From contig SMSO01000032.1 of NCBI GenBank assembly GCA_004764695.1, forward strand, positions 930,001 through 994,000: 64,000 nt of DNA. The letters run 5' to 3'. The first letter of the stretch is position 1. Each line of letters starts with the position of its first letter. Made by a program: the position numbers and the translations under genes. Positions 13,691-24,922 of the stretch are shown here, piece after piece. This stretch comes from Schizochytrium sp. TIO01 (taxonomy: Eukaryota; Protista; Bigyra: Labyrinthulomycetes). The notes beneath the pieces are model-generated. The model was not told the DNA's origin. It was given only the letters and a program-made list of their open reading frames with translations, and ran no database searches.

Positions 13691-14950
13691 AGATCTCCAA
13701 TCGAAGAATCTAGTGGACAAGACAAAGCTGGTGCTAAGGCATCCCTTCGTATATATCGTGTGAATACAGGGCTTGGAATTGAGTAGTATTCGACAACCAG
13801 AAACCAAATTTGTGTGTGGTGGTCGAGAAGTCAAAACCCGAAAATGCGGCCACACATTACCTAGAATCAATTATTGCTGAAAGATGACTCTGGTCAGCTT
13901 GAGGTTGACTGTAAAAATGAAGGCAGGGGTCTTGGTGAAGGCTTTAAGAAGGTTGACTTTAAAAATTGGCGAACTGTTGTCCTGGGAATGAATTCCAGGG
14001 CAGATGGACTCATGTAGTATTTATGGAGGCTAAGACATTCTTGAACGGTGTTAGAGATGTTTGATGCGGTTAGGTTGACTCAACCTCTTCAGCCATCGAT
14101 TCAAGTTGCACCATACTTGAATCTAGGTAATTTGTAGTCACACTTTTGGTTTTTGGCTCTGATAGCCACATGAATCCGGCTGCCTACTCCTGCTCTATTG
14201 TAAGCCTTATGTCTGCGAGGGTTTTACGATGGGACGCCAAAACTCTAGCAATGTCTTGTCTACTAGTTCCTTTGATTGGAGCAAGTATGATTTTATTTGA
14301 ATTGATGAGTGACGAGTTAAGTTAGCCCAACCCCATCAAATCTGTCTGACACAGTTCAAAATCGTTTTAGCCTTCTAATTACTGCATATAGATAAGTCTG
14401 CCTCGCAATCCAATACCCAAGGACAGTAGTTCGCTAACTCGTAAAACCAACCCTCATAAAGCCTTCATTGCTGAGATCTCCAATCGAAGGAACTAGTGGA
14501 CAAGACATTACTAGAATTCTTGGTGTCCATTTGTAAAACCCCATTACACATAAGGTTTACAATAAAGCAAGAATAGGTAGCCAGACTCATGTTGCTGCCG
14601 GAGCCAATAACTAAAAGTGTGAATACACATTATCTACACCCAAGCGTGGTTTAGCTTGAATCGATGGTTGGAGAAGGAGGATAAACGTAACCCCATCGAT
14701 TATCTCTAACCACAATCAAGAATGTCTTAATCTCCCAAACTACTACATGAATCCATCTGTCCTGGAATTCATTCCCCGGGATAGCAGTTCGCTAACACTT
14801 AAATCAACCTTCTTATAAGCTTCGTCAAGCTTCATGCCTTCATCTTTACAGTCAAACTCAAGCTAATCAGTATCACCTTTCAGCATTCATCAATACTCTT
14901 GCCTTTATATTCATTCTCAACCTACAGCTGACCAGATTCATCTTCCAGCA
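13691..14950. repeat. Cluster of five decayed copies of one repeat family, including a ~410 bp inverted repeat (13875-14281 vs 14478-14885)
   Basis: Reverse complement of CTCCAATCGAAGGAACTAGTGGACAAGACATTACTAGA (14478) matches TCTAGCAATGTCTTGTCTACTAGTTCCTTTGATTGGAG (ending 14281). The far ends also match (TGCTGAAAG at 13875 vs CTTTCAGCA ending 14885). Partial direct copies lie at 13691-13870, ~14297-14468 and ~14897-14950. Confidence 0.85.
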
Positions 14951-17900
14951 CGCTGGTAGGGCGACCATGTTAAAATACTATACGGAATCTCACTAGCTTG
15001 ATTGAAGATATGGAAATTCCAAAATTTTACGCAATCTCAACCGCAATAAAACTACTCATTGTGGTTAAGTATATATCTTCGATAAAGATGAGGAGGAGGA
15101 AGAGGGCGCCATACAACCCATTCAATTTCGTGAATTTAATTCAATGCTAGTAGTAGCATGTACAAACATATGATTTTAGAACTGATCAGTGTTGGTAGAA
15201 CCTAAACCTCTAAATGGCTGACTGTGCTCTAGAAGCAGTGTTTGTTTCAACATAAATCACGTTTGACGGAGTTTTGAATAAATTCGTTTAAGAAATTAGC
15301 TGTCATATTATAAAAGAATCCTTCAACTGAGGCGGAAATTACAGCATGTTGATTATGAGGGGGGATGGGAGTGCATCCCCCCCTTTTTAAATTAATTATT
15401 TAAACGTAATTTAATCTTCAAAAATGGACTCAGCTTGCATATACACTATTTTTATATATCTAAATTTGACTACTGCTACTATGACATATATTCTTGAATG
15501 GTTTGATTTGCTGCTCAAGCCAGTATTGATAGTTTACATTTTATACATTATCATGAAATGCTCCATAGTGCAGTCTCACTGGCTCGTTCGAGAAATCAGC
15601 CTTGGTCTTTCATTTAAACAAAGAACCTTCAATTGTCGCGGTATTTAAAAGAGTAATTTTGAGTATTTTGATAGGTATAACGTCTTTCGACTCGACCCCA
15701 ACAACAAATATGTACAAAGACATGATTTCTACAAGGCCGATTTTGACTACACCTGCTGTTATGGCGTTCATCCCTGAGAGGTTAAATGTGCCTCAAAACC
15801 AGTGTTGCATTAATTTGCAAATCAGTGTTTATCTAAGTCTCATCGACTCGTTCAAAGATCTAACCATGACTTTTAAAATAATAAGGAACTATTTTGTTTG
15901 TACCGAAGAATCTGTCCTTTGAAAATAACGAGGGTATTGTACGACTCGACATTTTATTTTTACGGAATATGTCTCCTCGCTTCTTTTCATTTTGTCAGTA
16001 AATCTATAACTCCACGACGTACGACTCACTTGCTTGCCTTAAAGCTTATATTCGCACAGGTCACTGTTACTAGTGAGTCTATAATTGCTTACAGAAAGAG
16101 GTAGCAATTTACCGGCCGTAACCGGCTAGATTGTTTTGCTCACTGTCTCTCTCGCTCATTATTTTCTTGAAAAATAATGTACTACGTCCTTGCCCTGTCG
16201 CATAGCTTATTAGATATCGATGATGATGCCAGCCTCGCCTTTCACACTTGATCCACACACGCTATTCCCGAATCTTGCCCGTGATTCATTTGATCCAACT
16301 TGCCGAGTAAAGTACCTCAAAAAAAAAAACGAGAGAAAACACTCTGATTTATTATAAAATCTAGGTACTAGTATTTCCACACTAACCTAGGTAATAGGTA
16401 GTATCCGTGGGTACGTCGTTACAACAGGAAATAACAACTCATTATATATATATATATTTTTAATTTATTTTAAAAATAAAAATATTTAAAAAATAAAAAA
16501 TAAAAAATTATGTTTTGGGTTTACGATCTTAATCCATACTCTTGTCAAATTCGCCATGTCTTAAGTATCCTCTTCTTTGGCATTTACCCTTCTTCAAGCA
16601 TCACCATCCTATCTCCACGAGCGACACCCTCTCGATCTTGAGCATCACAAACTGCGACGTACGCTTTCTTTGCTTCGTGTGGGTCGCATTTCGGTTCCCG
16701 CCCAACCCTCGCGTTGCTATCTCGGCAGAACCCCTGCCTTTGAGAGTCGACCGGGACCACCCTCCTCAGTCCCTACTGTGCTTCAGTATCGGGTTCTGTC
16801 TTTCTTCTTTTGCAATTTTCCCCCCCCGTGTATTCCCCAATACCGGACCCGCCGCACCTCTACTTTAAACCCTATGCATCCCTAGCAATCGCGGAGTGGT
16901 CTCGCAGCGGCGCGTGGGGGTACCAGTAAGAGTGGCCACTCGGTCCTATCAGTAATCCCTAGGAGGCGAGGAGCCCCGTCGAACCTCCCCTGCCTAGCGC
17001 TCCCTAAGCGAGTCCTACCCAACAGCAGTTACAGGGAGGAAGAACCTAATAGATATATATATATATACATATACATGTGTAGATAGATAGAGTGATAGAT
17101 AGATAGATAGATAGATAGATATATGTACATATATGACCCCTGCTAAACCTGTCCGGCAGACGGGTTGAAGTCACAGAGGCAGAGAAGCAGGCCAAGGCTG
17201 AGGTGAGGGTTGCTGAGCGGCAGCGGCTATAGCTAGGCCCAGGAAGGCGGTTCTAGCTAGAGGTATTGTTTGGAGCGGAGCCAGTGGCGAGGCGGGTGGG
17301 CGGGCGGGGCGCCATATTGTCGCGGCGGGGCGCCTTTTTGTGGGCAGGCGCGTAGAGTGAGAGAGCAGCGCTTAGGCGCGGATAGGTGTGGCCTAGCGAG
17401 AGGGAAAAGGAAAAAGTGCGAGGCGAGGAGAAAACTGCGAGGCCCAATCTCAAGAGCATCGTCTCCTTGGCGAGCCGATACCACCTCGCAGAAGGACCCG
17501 GAGGAGCTGAAGAAAGAGCCCGACAGCAGGCAGAGGCCAGGGAAGGCCTGACAGCAGGCGAGGAGCGCAAGGGGTCGCAGTGGGCGGGGAAGAAACCACA
17601 CGCGAGCTCGGCGACGGCATATGCACGCTGCGGAGCTCACTCACTCATTCACTCATTCGCTCATTCGCTCATTCACTCAAATCCATAGCGCATAGTGGAA
17701 TAGAGGGCAATAAATAATAAGGAGCGAATATAGGCGCTCACCTGCTTTGCTTTTTGCCTTTAGTTTGCTTTGCCTTTAGTTTGCGTTGCTTTGCCTTTAG
17801 TTTGTTTGGAGCGGCGGGCTTAGGAGAGAACGAGAACAGGCAAGTGCTCGCAGCTTACTGGTGCCTGCTGACGTTGCGGAGTCTGGCGCGGCAATTGGAG

Positions 17901-18567
17901 GTATTGATCTGGGAACGGTTGACGCATCGGATAGATTGAGCTGAGTAGATCTGGAGGTTGAACTTTAGGCAATGCATGCACGCTAGAGTGAATGGGAAAC
18001 GAAACTTGGTGAGTGCATGGGATAGAACAGAAGAGTTTACAGCGGTGTGGTAGAGATAGCGGTAGGGGGGGGCTAGAGGAGGAGGAGAAGGAGACCTGTT
18101 TAAATGGTGAAGAATAAGTAAAATTGGTATTCACTGTATATTGAAGGGAGAGCGGTAGTCGAAAGAACAAGTGTCTGCGTGCAATTCGGGCGGCGACCAG
18201 AACCGAGTTCGAGCTTGGCTGCCGGCGAAAGGCAACGTCGGCCTGCAAGCTGGAAAGGCTGGTGGGAGGCTGACAGAAGGCTGGCAGAACTTGGGTGTCC
18301 AGGGTTTGGACCACTCGGAGTGGAGACGGTTCGCAGGAGGCGGCATCGAGCGGACTCGAGTCGACTCCGCTCGACGCTTCCGTATGAATATCGACTAATT
18401 GTGACAAATCCAGACAGAAACCTAGACTTATATACACAATCGAAACGCACATACGTAGATTCGGGATTGATACGTGGTTTTCTTGTGGCCGTGCGAGGAT
18501 AAACACAGATTCAAGATTATACTGTCATCGGAACTCTAAATCGAGGCGGTCACGGGGGGGTGCAGCA

Positions 18568-20418
18568 ATGAGCACAGACACACATTCACCTACATCTCCG
18601 TCGCCAAAAGATAGCTCACTGACAGACTCTGACACCAGACTTGGCGCAAGAAGTGCAAGTCCCTCCTGGCCTTTAGGATTGGCATCCACTTCAGACGTGA
18701 GCGTCATGGATACCTCCGAGGACAATATTATCACAGCAGAAACGAACAGAATTAACAACGCCAAGCTCAAGCTCACACCAAAACGCTTAAAACGGAAACG
18801 ACCAAGTGCATCTGCACAATCCGATGACAATAGAAGCAAACATAATAGTGGTGGCAATACCGACGATGATCTCGCCAGCGATGACCGCGGGTACTACATT
18901 TTCCAACCTGGTGAAATCATCAATGAAACCTACGAAATCAAATATCAACAAGGACGTGGCGTCTTTAGCAATGTAGCATTTGCTACACGGAAACACTTAA
19001 ATCGCACCTCACAATTCTTGACTGCCACTGCTTCAATGACAAACGACTCTTTGCCGTCAGACACTGCCGTTGTAGTGGCCGCAACAACACATACACCCCA
19101 ACAAACAATAACTCTTACAGATTCTGCATCGTCCACGCATGCTGAATCTACTCAGCCGCAGGCTACTTCACCTGGAAACAAGGTTAATGGAGAAGCAAGT
19201 AGCAATGACGGTGACAAGGAAGACCACCAAAAACCTGATACTTCATCTACAGTTGCAGCTTCAAGCTCTGTCAACTCTAAAATCGTTGTTGCAACACCAC
19301 CCACAACAACATCTGCAACAGCCTTGCAACAACTTCAACGTCGGCGCCGACGCCAGCAAAATCACCATGCTGCAGCGCAAGGGTTAGGAAGCCCTGAGGA
19401 ACTTTCCGAAATTGATCTTGTTGCTGTCAAAGTTTTGCGTCGTAACGAGACAACACAACGCGCAGGAAGCAACGAAGAATCTATCCTTCAGGATATTCAC
19501 AAAATCCCACGCGCGTCGCGGGAGTATATTGTGGAGTTCATCGAAAGCTTCTTTCATCGGCAACACCTTTGTCTTGTTTTCCACGCCATGAAGCTTAACT
19601 TGCGCCAACTCCTTGTTAAGTATGGCCGGAATACGGGAATTAATATTGATGGCGTGAGACGGTATGGACGCCATATTTTCTCTGCTCTTGAGACCTTGCG
19701 TTCTCTTGGTATTGTCCATGCCGATGTCAAATTAGACAACATCATTGTAAGTGCTGATCTTCGCGTGGCAAAATTGTGTGACTTCGGAAGTGCATTTTAC
19801 GCCACTGAAGTGCCCGAGGCCAGCAGTCACCACACCATGTATCTTGTTTCTAGATTTTATCGTGCCCCAGAGCTTGTCCTTGGTCTTACAGGCAAGGACG
19901 TTGGACCTGCATTGGATGTCTGGTCGCTTGGCTCCTGCCTTTTTGAACTTTACTCTGGCAACGTTCTCTTTCCTGGGCGCACAAACAACGAAATGCTTGC
20001 ATTGATTATGCGCGCCAGAGGTAAAATCCCCTCGAGGCTGATTAAACGTCATCTTGCAGCGAGCTCACGATTGGATCGTGAGCCGTTGTTTGATGCAACG
20101 ACTATGGCATTTCGTCAAAAACCTGCACACTCACCAAACCAAAGACACAAAGTCAAACATCATCACCCAAACCCAGCTGCAAACTCACCCTCCTCTGTGC
20201 AACTCATAGATGTTCCTACTGACCCGCTTCCTGCAAACACCGTTGGCCACCTTGTGCATGAAGCTCATCCTGACATAAGAGACCAAGTTACAACTGCCGA
20301 GCGCAAGCAACTCATTGCACTCCTGAACCGTGCTTTGATTTTGGACCCTGCTGAGCGAATAACCCCAGCTGAAGCCTTAGCACTTCCTTTCTTTACCTCA
20401 CACTCTGATTCTGATTGA
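18568..20418 (+). CDS. Serine/threonine kinase, PRP4 kinase (PRPF4B)-like CMGC family, divergent
   Basis: 616 aa ORF with DDRGYY, GRGVFSNV (Gly loop), VAVKVLR, HLCLVF..MKLNLR.LL.KYG, HADVKLDNI, KLCDFGSA and YLVSRFYRAPE, all characteristic of PRP4K. Confidence 0.9.
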   Translation: MSTDTHSPTSPSPKDSSLTDSDTRLGARSASPSWPLGLASTSDVSVMDTSEDNIITAETNRINNAKLKLTPKRLKRKRPSASAQSDDNRSKHNSGGNTDDDLASDDRGYYIFQPGEIINETYEIKYQQGRGVFSNVAFATRKHLNRTSQFLTATASMTNDSLPSDTAVVVAATTHTPQQTITLTDSASSTHAESTQPQATSPGNKVNGEASSNDGDKEDHQKPDTSSTVAASSSVNSKIVVATPPTTTSATALQQLQRRRRRQQNHHAAAQGLGSPEELSEIDLVAVKVLRRNETTQRAGSNEESILQDIHKIPRASREYIVEFIESFFHRQHLCLVFHAMKLNLRQLLVKYGRNTGINIDGVRRYGRHIFSALETLRSLGIVHADVKLDNIIVSADLRVAKLCDFGSAFYATEVPEASSHHTMYLVSRFYRAPELVLGLTGKDVGPALDVWSLGSCLFELYSGNVLFPGRTNNEMLALIMRARGKIPSRLIKRHLAASSRLDREPLFDATTMAFRQKPAHSPNQRHKVKHHHPNPAANSPSSVQLIDVPTDPLPANTVGHLVHEAHPDIRDQVTTAERKQLIALLNRALILDPAERITPAEALALPFFTSHSDSD

Positions 20419-21119
20419 GTTTTTTTATCGCGTCAGATCATTGTACAAATGAGGAGTTGTTTCTCCTGTTTGCAATAGAGAAGGTGAAAAAACCCAGAGA
20501 GTGGCACACTTAGGCTAGTTAATAGTGACCCAAATATATCATGGCCAACACACACTTATCTCTCTTCTTCTGTACGGCTACAGACAGTCTTTGAATTGTC
20601 AAAAAATAACAAAATATTTCAAATCAAATTTTCCCATTCATGATTATCACTTTACTATATCGCTTGTTTTCTACAGTGATGTAATGTTTTAGAGAAAAGA
20701 ATATCATAGTAGTCTTCGTGATTCACCTAACTCTTTTAAGAGCGAACAATAGACTAGACCTTGCTCGAATGAAAGATTGCCGCGTCATGTGTAGACCGCA
20801 AAATCGAGAAAGAAGTAGCCGCAGCACATCACGCCTTAATTAGATGCATTTATTCGAAATGTTGTAATAAAAGAGTCTCACCTTTCCTCAAAGAAATTCT
20901 GACAAACAATGCACAGTCACACAAGCTGTGCGAGTTCTTAGGATCTACATAATCATTTTCCGTTTTAGATAACAGTTGTCTCCATACACATGCGATTTTT
21001 TATATTTATTTTTTATATTTCTGCAAAAAGTATGTGACAGAAAGTATGAGCAGGAATCCCTAGAGGCGATTTAGTTTGTTTCGTACATCTGTAAGAGTAT
21101 AATTTCATTTTACATGTTC

Positions 21120-22871
21120 TCACCTTTTCGTGGGAGTGCTATGCCTCGAAACCATCGATTGTAGCAGATCAGTGAGCTCTGCATCATAACAGTCTCTTTG
21201 GTCGAAAGAATTTTGGGCTGTAACATCAGCCTCGTTTAATTTTGCCTCCTCATCTTCTTCCTCGCGTGCGCTCGTTGATATGGATCTTCCGGAACCAAGG
21301 TTCTGGCGTTCCCAACCATCAAGATCAGCAATATCCATAACATCCTCAAGGGACATCCACAAAGGTCGACGCAGATCACACGGAATGTCAGCACCTGGAG
21401 GGCGTCGTGGCTGCAATACGGATGCAGGAAATACCTGGGCAACATGATCCAACATACATTGTAGCACTTGTTCTCGTAATGTATTTACAACCGCTTCACC
21501 TTTATGAATAGCTGATTTAGGCTTGAACTTATCTTCCCGCAAAAGCAAAGGTGCAAAGATCCGACTGAGGATCTTAGTTGACGCAATATCGGGACGGTCT
21601 TGCTGCAAGAGGTACAAAAACCGAATTAACGCAAAAAGTGACGCCTCGTGTGGAGGAGGTATTAATGCCAAGGTTGGGCGAAGTGCTTCAACGCGTTGGG
21701 TCATTTTATGTTCCAATTGGGTAGATAAAAGCCGATCAAAAAGATCATAAGTGAGCAAAGGGGGATCCATTTCCCGAAGAAATTGAATCAAAAGCCCGAA
21801 TACTACACGGGGGTCGACGTTATCGCGGCTAAAGCTAATCACGCTTGCTCGATCAGCATCAAATTTTGCACGAAATGCTCTCATTTGCTTTGTCCGTGCA
21901 GCACATTGTTCTGCAATTTGCTCTGCATTGTTTTGTCTTGCAGCAGAATCTTCAATAAGCCAGTCGGGTCTTGATGCCCGTCGACTCAGGGATCTCGTTA
22001 CTGTAAGGCGACTTGCATGGCTCATGCGACTCATGCGGCTCATTTTACTGGTGTGGCTGAAATGACTGCCAACGCTTTGACGACCTGTATCTTGGCCAAA
22101 TAGTCCACCGTCATCATCATGAGTGCTAGGCGCATCCGGATCTTTTGTATATTCTTGAACTGCCGCCTTACTCAAGAACACCTCCGCTTGCTCAATGACA
22201 TGTGGCTCCTGTAAGTACTCTAGACACTGGGCGAGTACTGCCGGAACCTTGGGAGATCGAGCCCACATTTCTGCAAGACTCTTGCCAAAGACCTTAATAC
22301 TTTCCTTCGTAGTCTGTGTAGCGCTGGCAAACCCAAAATTGCTACCAGGTACCACGCCTCCTCCATGTTGGGAATTGATAAAGTATCCTGTGCTATATTC
22401 TGGTGCAGAGTAGAGTTTGTCGCCAGGGCGTCGATATCCAATACCATTACGGCGATCTAAGATGTTGTCAATAGTGACTTTCTTACCCATTGCCTTTTCA
22501 AGGTTGTACTGCTCTGCCGCTCTCAATCTACATGGTACACCTCCATCATCAAGAACAACACGTTTTCGAGGCGCAATGTGCGCAATTTCAGAACTACGTG
22601 CACGAGATTGGATCACAAAATGCTTCATACCATGTTGCGGAGCAGGATTGCGTTGTGGCGATGGAACCTTTTTTAGGCCGCGTGGTCTCTCATCTCGGGC
22701 ACGTAGCTCTTCGTCACTAATTCCAATGCCATAGTCCTTCAAAGGCCGGTAAATAAACTCTTGTGAAGCTGGTGCGTCATAATGCCGCCTTTCTTTATGC
22801 CATTCTGCTGCTGCAAGTTCTTTTGTGCTTGGGCAAGACTGGGTCCGGGAAAGACCGAGAATTGCCTCCAT
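21120..22871 (-). CDS. RhoGAP-domain protein, probably catalytically inactive
   Basis: 583 aa ORF; VFGKSL..VPAVLAQCLEYL, LLIQFLREMDPPLLTYDLF, LIRFLYLL and IFAPLLLR follow the RhoGAP helix pattern; the GIFR motif is replaced by EVFL. Confidence 0.8.
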   Translation of the reverse strand: MEAILGLSRTQSCPSTKELAAAEWHKERRHYDAPASQEFIYRPLKDYGIGISDEELRARDERPRGLKKVPSPQRNPAPQHGMKHFVIQSRARSSEIAHIAPRKRVVLDDGGVPCRLRAAEQYNLEKAMGKKVTIDNILDRRNGIGYRRPGDKLYSAPEYSTGYFINSQHGGGVVPGSNFGFASATQTTKESIKVFGKSLAEMWARSPKVPAVLAQCLEYLQEPHVIEQAEVFLSKAAVQEYTKDPDAPSTHDDDGGLFGQDTGRQSVGSHFSHTSKMSRMSRMSHASRLTVTRSLSRRASRPDWLIEDSAARQNNAEQIAEQCAARTKQMRAFRAKFDADRASVISFSRDNVDPRVVFGLLIQFLREMDPPLLTYDLFDRLLSTQLEHKMTQRVEALRPTLALIPPPHEASLFALIRFLYLLQQDRPDIASTKILSRIFAPLLLREDKFKPKSAIHKGEAVVNTLREQVLQCMLDHVAQVFPASVLQPRRPPGADIPCDLRRPLWMSLEDVMDIADLDGWERQNLGSGRSISTSAREEEDEEAKLNEADVTAQNSFDQRDCYDAELTDLLQSMVSRHSTPTKR

Positions 22872-23382
22872 TTCGCACGCTCGCGGGATTTGATTTGGGT
22901 TGTAATAGCCCCGCCCCTGCAGCTCGCTCTCAAATTGTGCCTTGCGGCCTGCAGCTTAACTGCGTTCAACCTAGCTATCTATTAATTTTTTTGGCTGTAT
23001 TCTTTGTTTGTTCTTCAAATAATGTCCAAGTCTTTCGAGTGGCTCGACCAAGCGGGCAGGTACCGCAACACCCGCAAGACAGGCGCGAATAAACTACCTT
23101 GTGTCTCTCCAAACCACTTGCACAAAGCTGTAGCGCGACATAATAATACCCAAAAGATTTTTTGGCGGCATGCATGTACCCAAACGAGGACACCCAGTAC
23201 ACACCCCTGCGAACACTATACCGGATATGTGGCATATTACACAACACGGTACTACGAACAGTAGTTAAAAATTTCGATCTCGCCATAGGACAATCAATAT
23301 ACTAGCAAACGTTGCTGCTTGTAAGCCTCTGGGTGGAAACTAGCATGCGAATTATGGGCAAAACAAAAAATTGACATTCGCC

Positions 23383-24138
23383 ATGAAAAGGAAAGAGACA
23401 GGAGCTACAGCAGGGCGCAAGTCTCGCCAGTCACAGAGCCTGGTACTTCAACCACGTCCTCCTGCTTCACGCAATGTGAGTGCCCCACGGCCAGGTACGA
23501 GGCAACACCAGCAACGTAAAGCAAAACAGGAATTGGCACTTTTAAATGCCTTAGCAGAGTCCGATCTGGAACAGCTCATCCACCTTTCGGATGATGATCT
23601 TGAGACCGCCTTTGAATTTCTCGACGACTATCACACTGGTGAGCTCACGCTTTACTCAATGCGCGAGAGACTTGCCGTGTTCTATGGAAGTGCTGATAAA
23701 GTACCCTTGAAAGATCTCAAATTGCTTGTTGGTGAACACAAGACTCTGAGACTAGCAGATATGCGCAAAATCTTAAATGAGACTACTGAGCTTTTGCAAG
23801 GCACAAGAGTGAACCCTATTAAGGAAGTTTTTCGCCTATATGACCCCACTGGAACTGGCTTCATGGATTCTCTCGCATTGCGATCGATACTGCAACGAAT
23901 GGGCCATCGAAATATCACGGATGAAGACATTAATGTGCTGATAGAAACATTAGATAGTGATGGTGACGGCAAAATTGGCCTTGATGACTTTCGGAAAATG
24001 CTTAAGCTTGATAATTCGGCATGCTCCGGTGTTTTAGTCAAATCTGGGAACCCACAGCCTGAACTCATCGGTGAAGGAGATGTTAAAGAACCTGCCGCTG
24101 CAACAGAGATTGATGAAAGAACCTTCCTCACAGCGTGA
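23383..24138 (+). CDS. EF-hand calcium-binding protein (calmodulin/centrin-like C-terminus)
   Basis: First ATG at 23383; canonical loop DSDGDGKIGLDDF plus degenerate loops DPTGTGFMDSLAL and DDYHTGELTLYSM; basic N-terminal extension. Confidence 0.85.
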   Translation: MKRKETGATAGRKSRQSQSLVLQPRPPASRNVSAPRPGTRQHQQRKAKQELALLNALAESDLEQLIHLSDDDLETAFEFLDDYHTGELTLYSMRERLAVFYGSADKVPLKDLKLLVGEHKTLRLADMRKILNETTELLQGTRVNPIKEVFRLYDPTGTGFMDSLALRSILQRMGHRNITDEDINVLIETLDSDGDGKIGLDDFRKMLKLDNSACSGVLVKSGNPQPELIGEGDVKEPAAATEIDERTFLTA

Positions 24139-24922
24139 ACACATATGTTGCATGTAGCCTCATCTATTATTTTATTCTGAATGATGTGACCTGATCTACA
24201 TTATATAGGCAAATAACTATTTCCGTCTACATGGTATGAACCTAGCTACGTTATATAGGCAAATAAACTGGTACTGGTAAACTTCAAATTTCGAGATTAA
24301 AATCAAGTTTAATAATCCTATATGAACTAGAATATATGAAATGTCCAAAGAACTTCAAAGAATCAATTTGCACCTCTTTTTGACAACAGTGCCATCTAGA
24401 CAAAATTATCACATAACTTTTCCGCTTCAAGGTTCCAAAATAAAATGAACAAATTGTAACAAAATAGAATTACTATCTTTTGAAATGTGCTTGCGTTTGT
24501 AGTGCTTCCGATGACTATTTTCAACCTTGACCACCAAGTCTGTTTTTTGAGTAGAAGAGGAAACTTGATAAGACACAGCTTAGCTTATAGTAAGTCAGTC
24601 TTCTTAACATTCGCACAACGAGCAATGTGGAAATGGACATAAACTCATCCATCAAACGGCTCGGCGAATGGTATAGATAAACATGAAATCACATTAGACG
24701 AGGAGTCCAGGAGGTAAATATGTGGGTCAGAGACGAATTAGAGTATGGTGATAAGTGTGGTTCAAATAAGCTGTTGCCAACCCTAGCCTTGAAGAGGTGC
24801 ACACTCAAAATTGCTTCGTTGCGGGGGGACTTGCTCACTTTCCGAGGTTTGGAAGAGTGAAAGGGGGCTGGTGATGCATTATTTATGTTCATGCACTCAC
24901 ACAAAAAATCAACAATTCCCAA

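Noticed and set aside
17253-18506. GC-rich overlapping ORFs upstream of the kinase, including a 228 aa minus-strand ORF
   Set aside because: No recognisable motif, several use non-ATG starts, and they are interspersed with simple repeats; cannot be supported as coding, though a 5' exon is not excluded.
23022-23264. Small ORF MSKSFEWLDQAGR... between the divergent RhoGAP-like and EF-hand genes
   Set aside because: No family match, and I found no good in-phase acceptor to splice it to the EF-hand gene.
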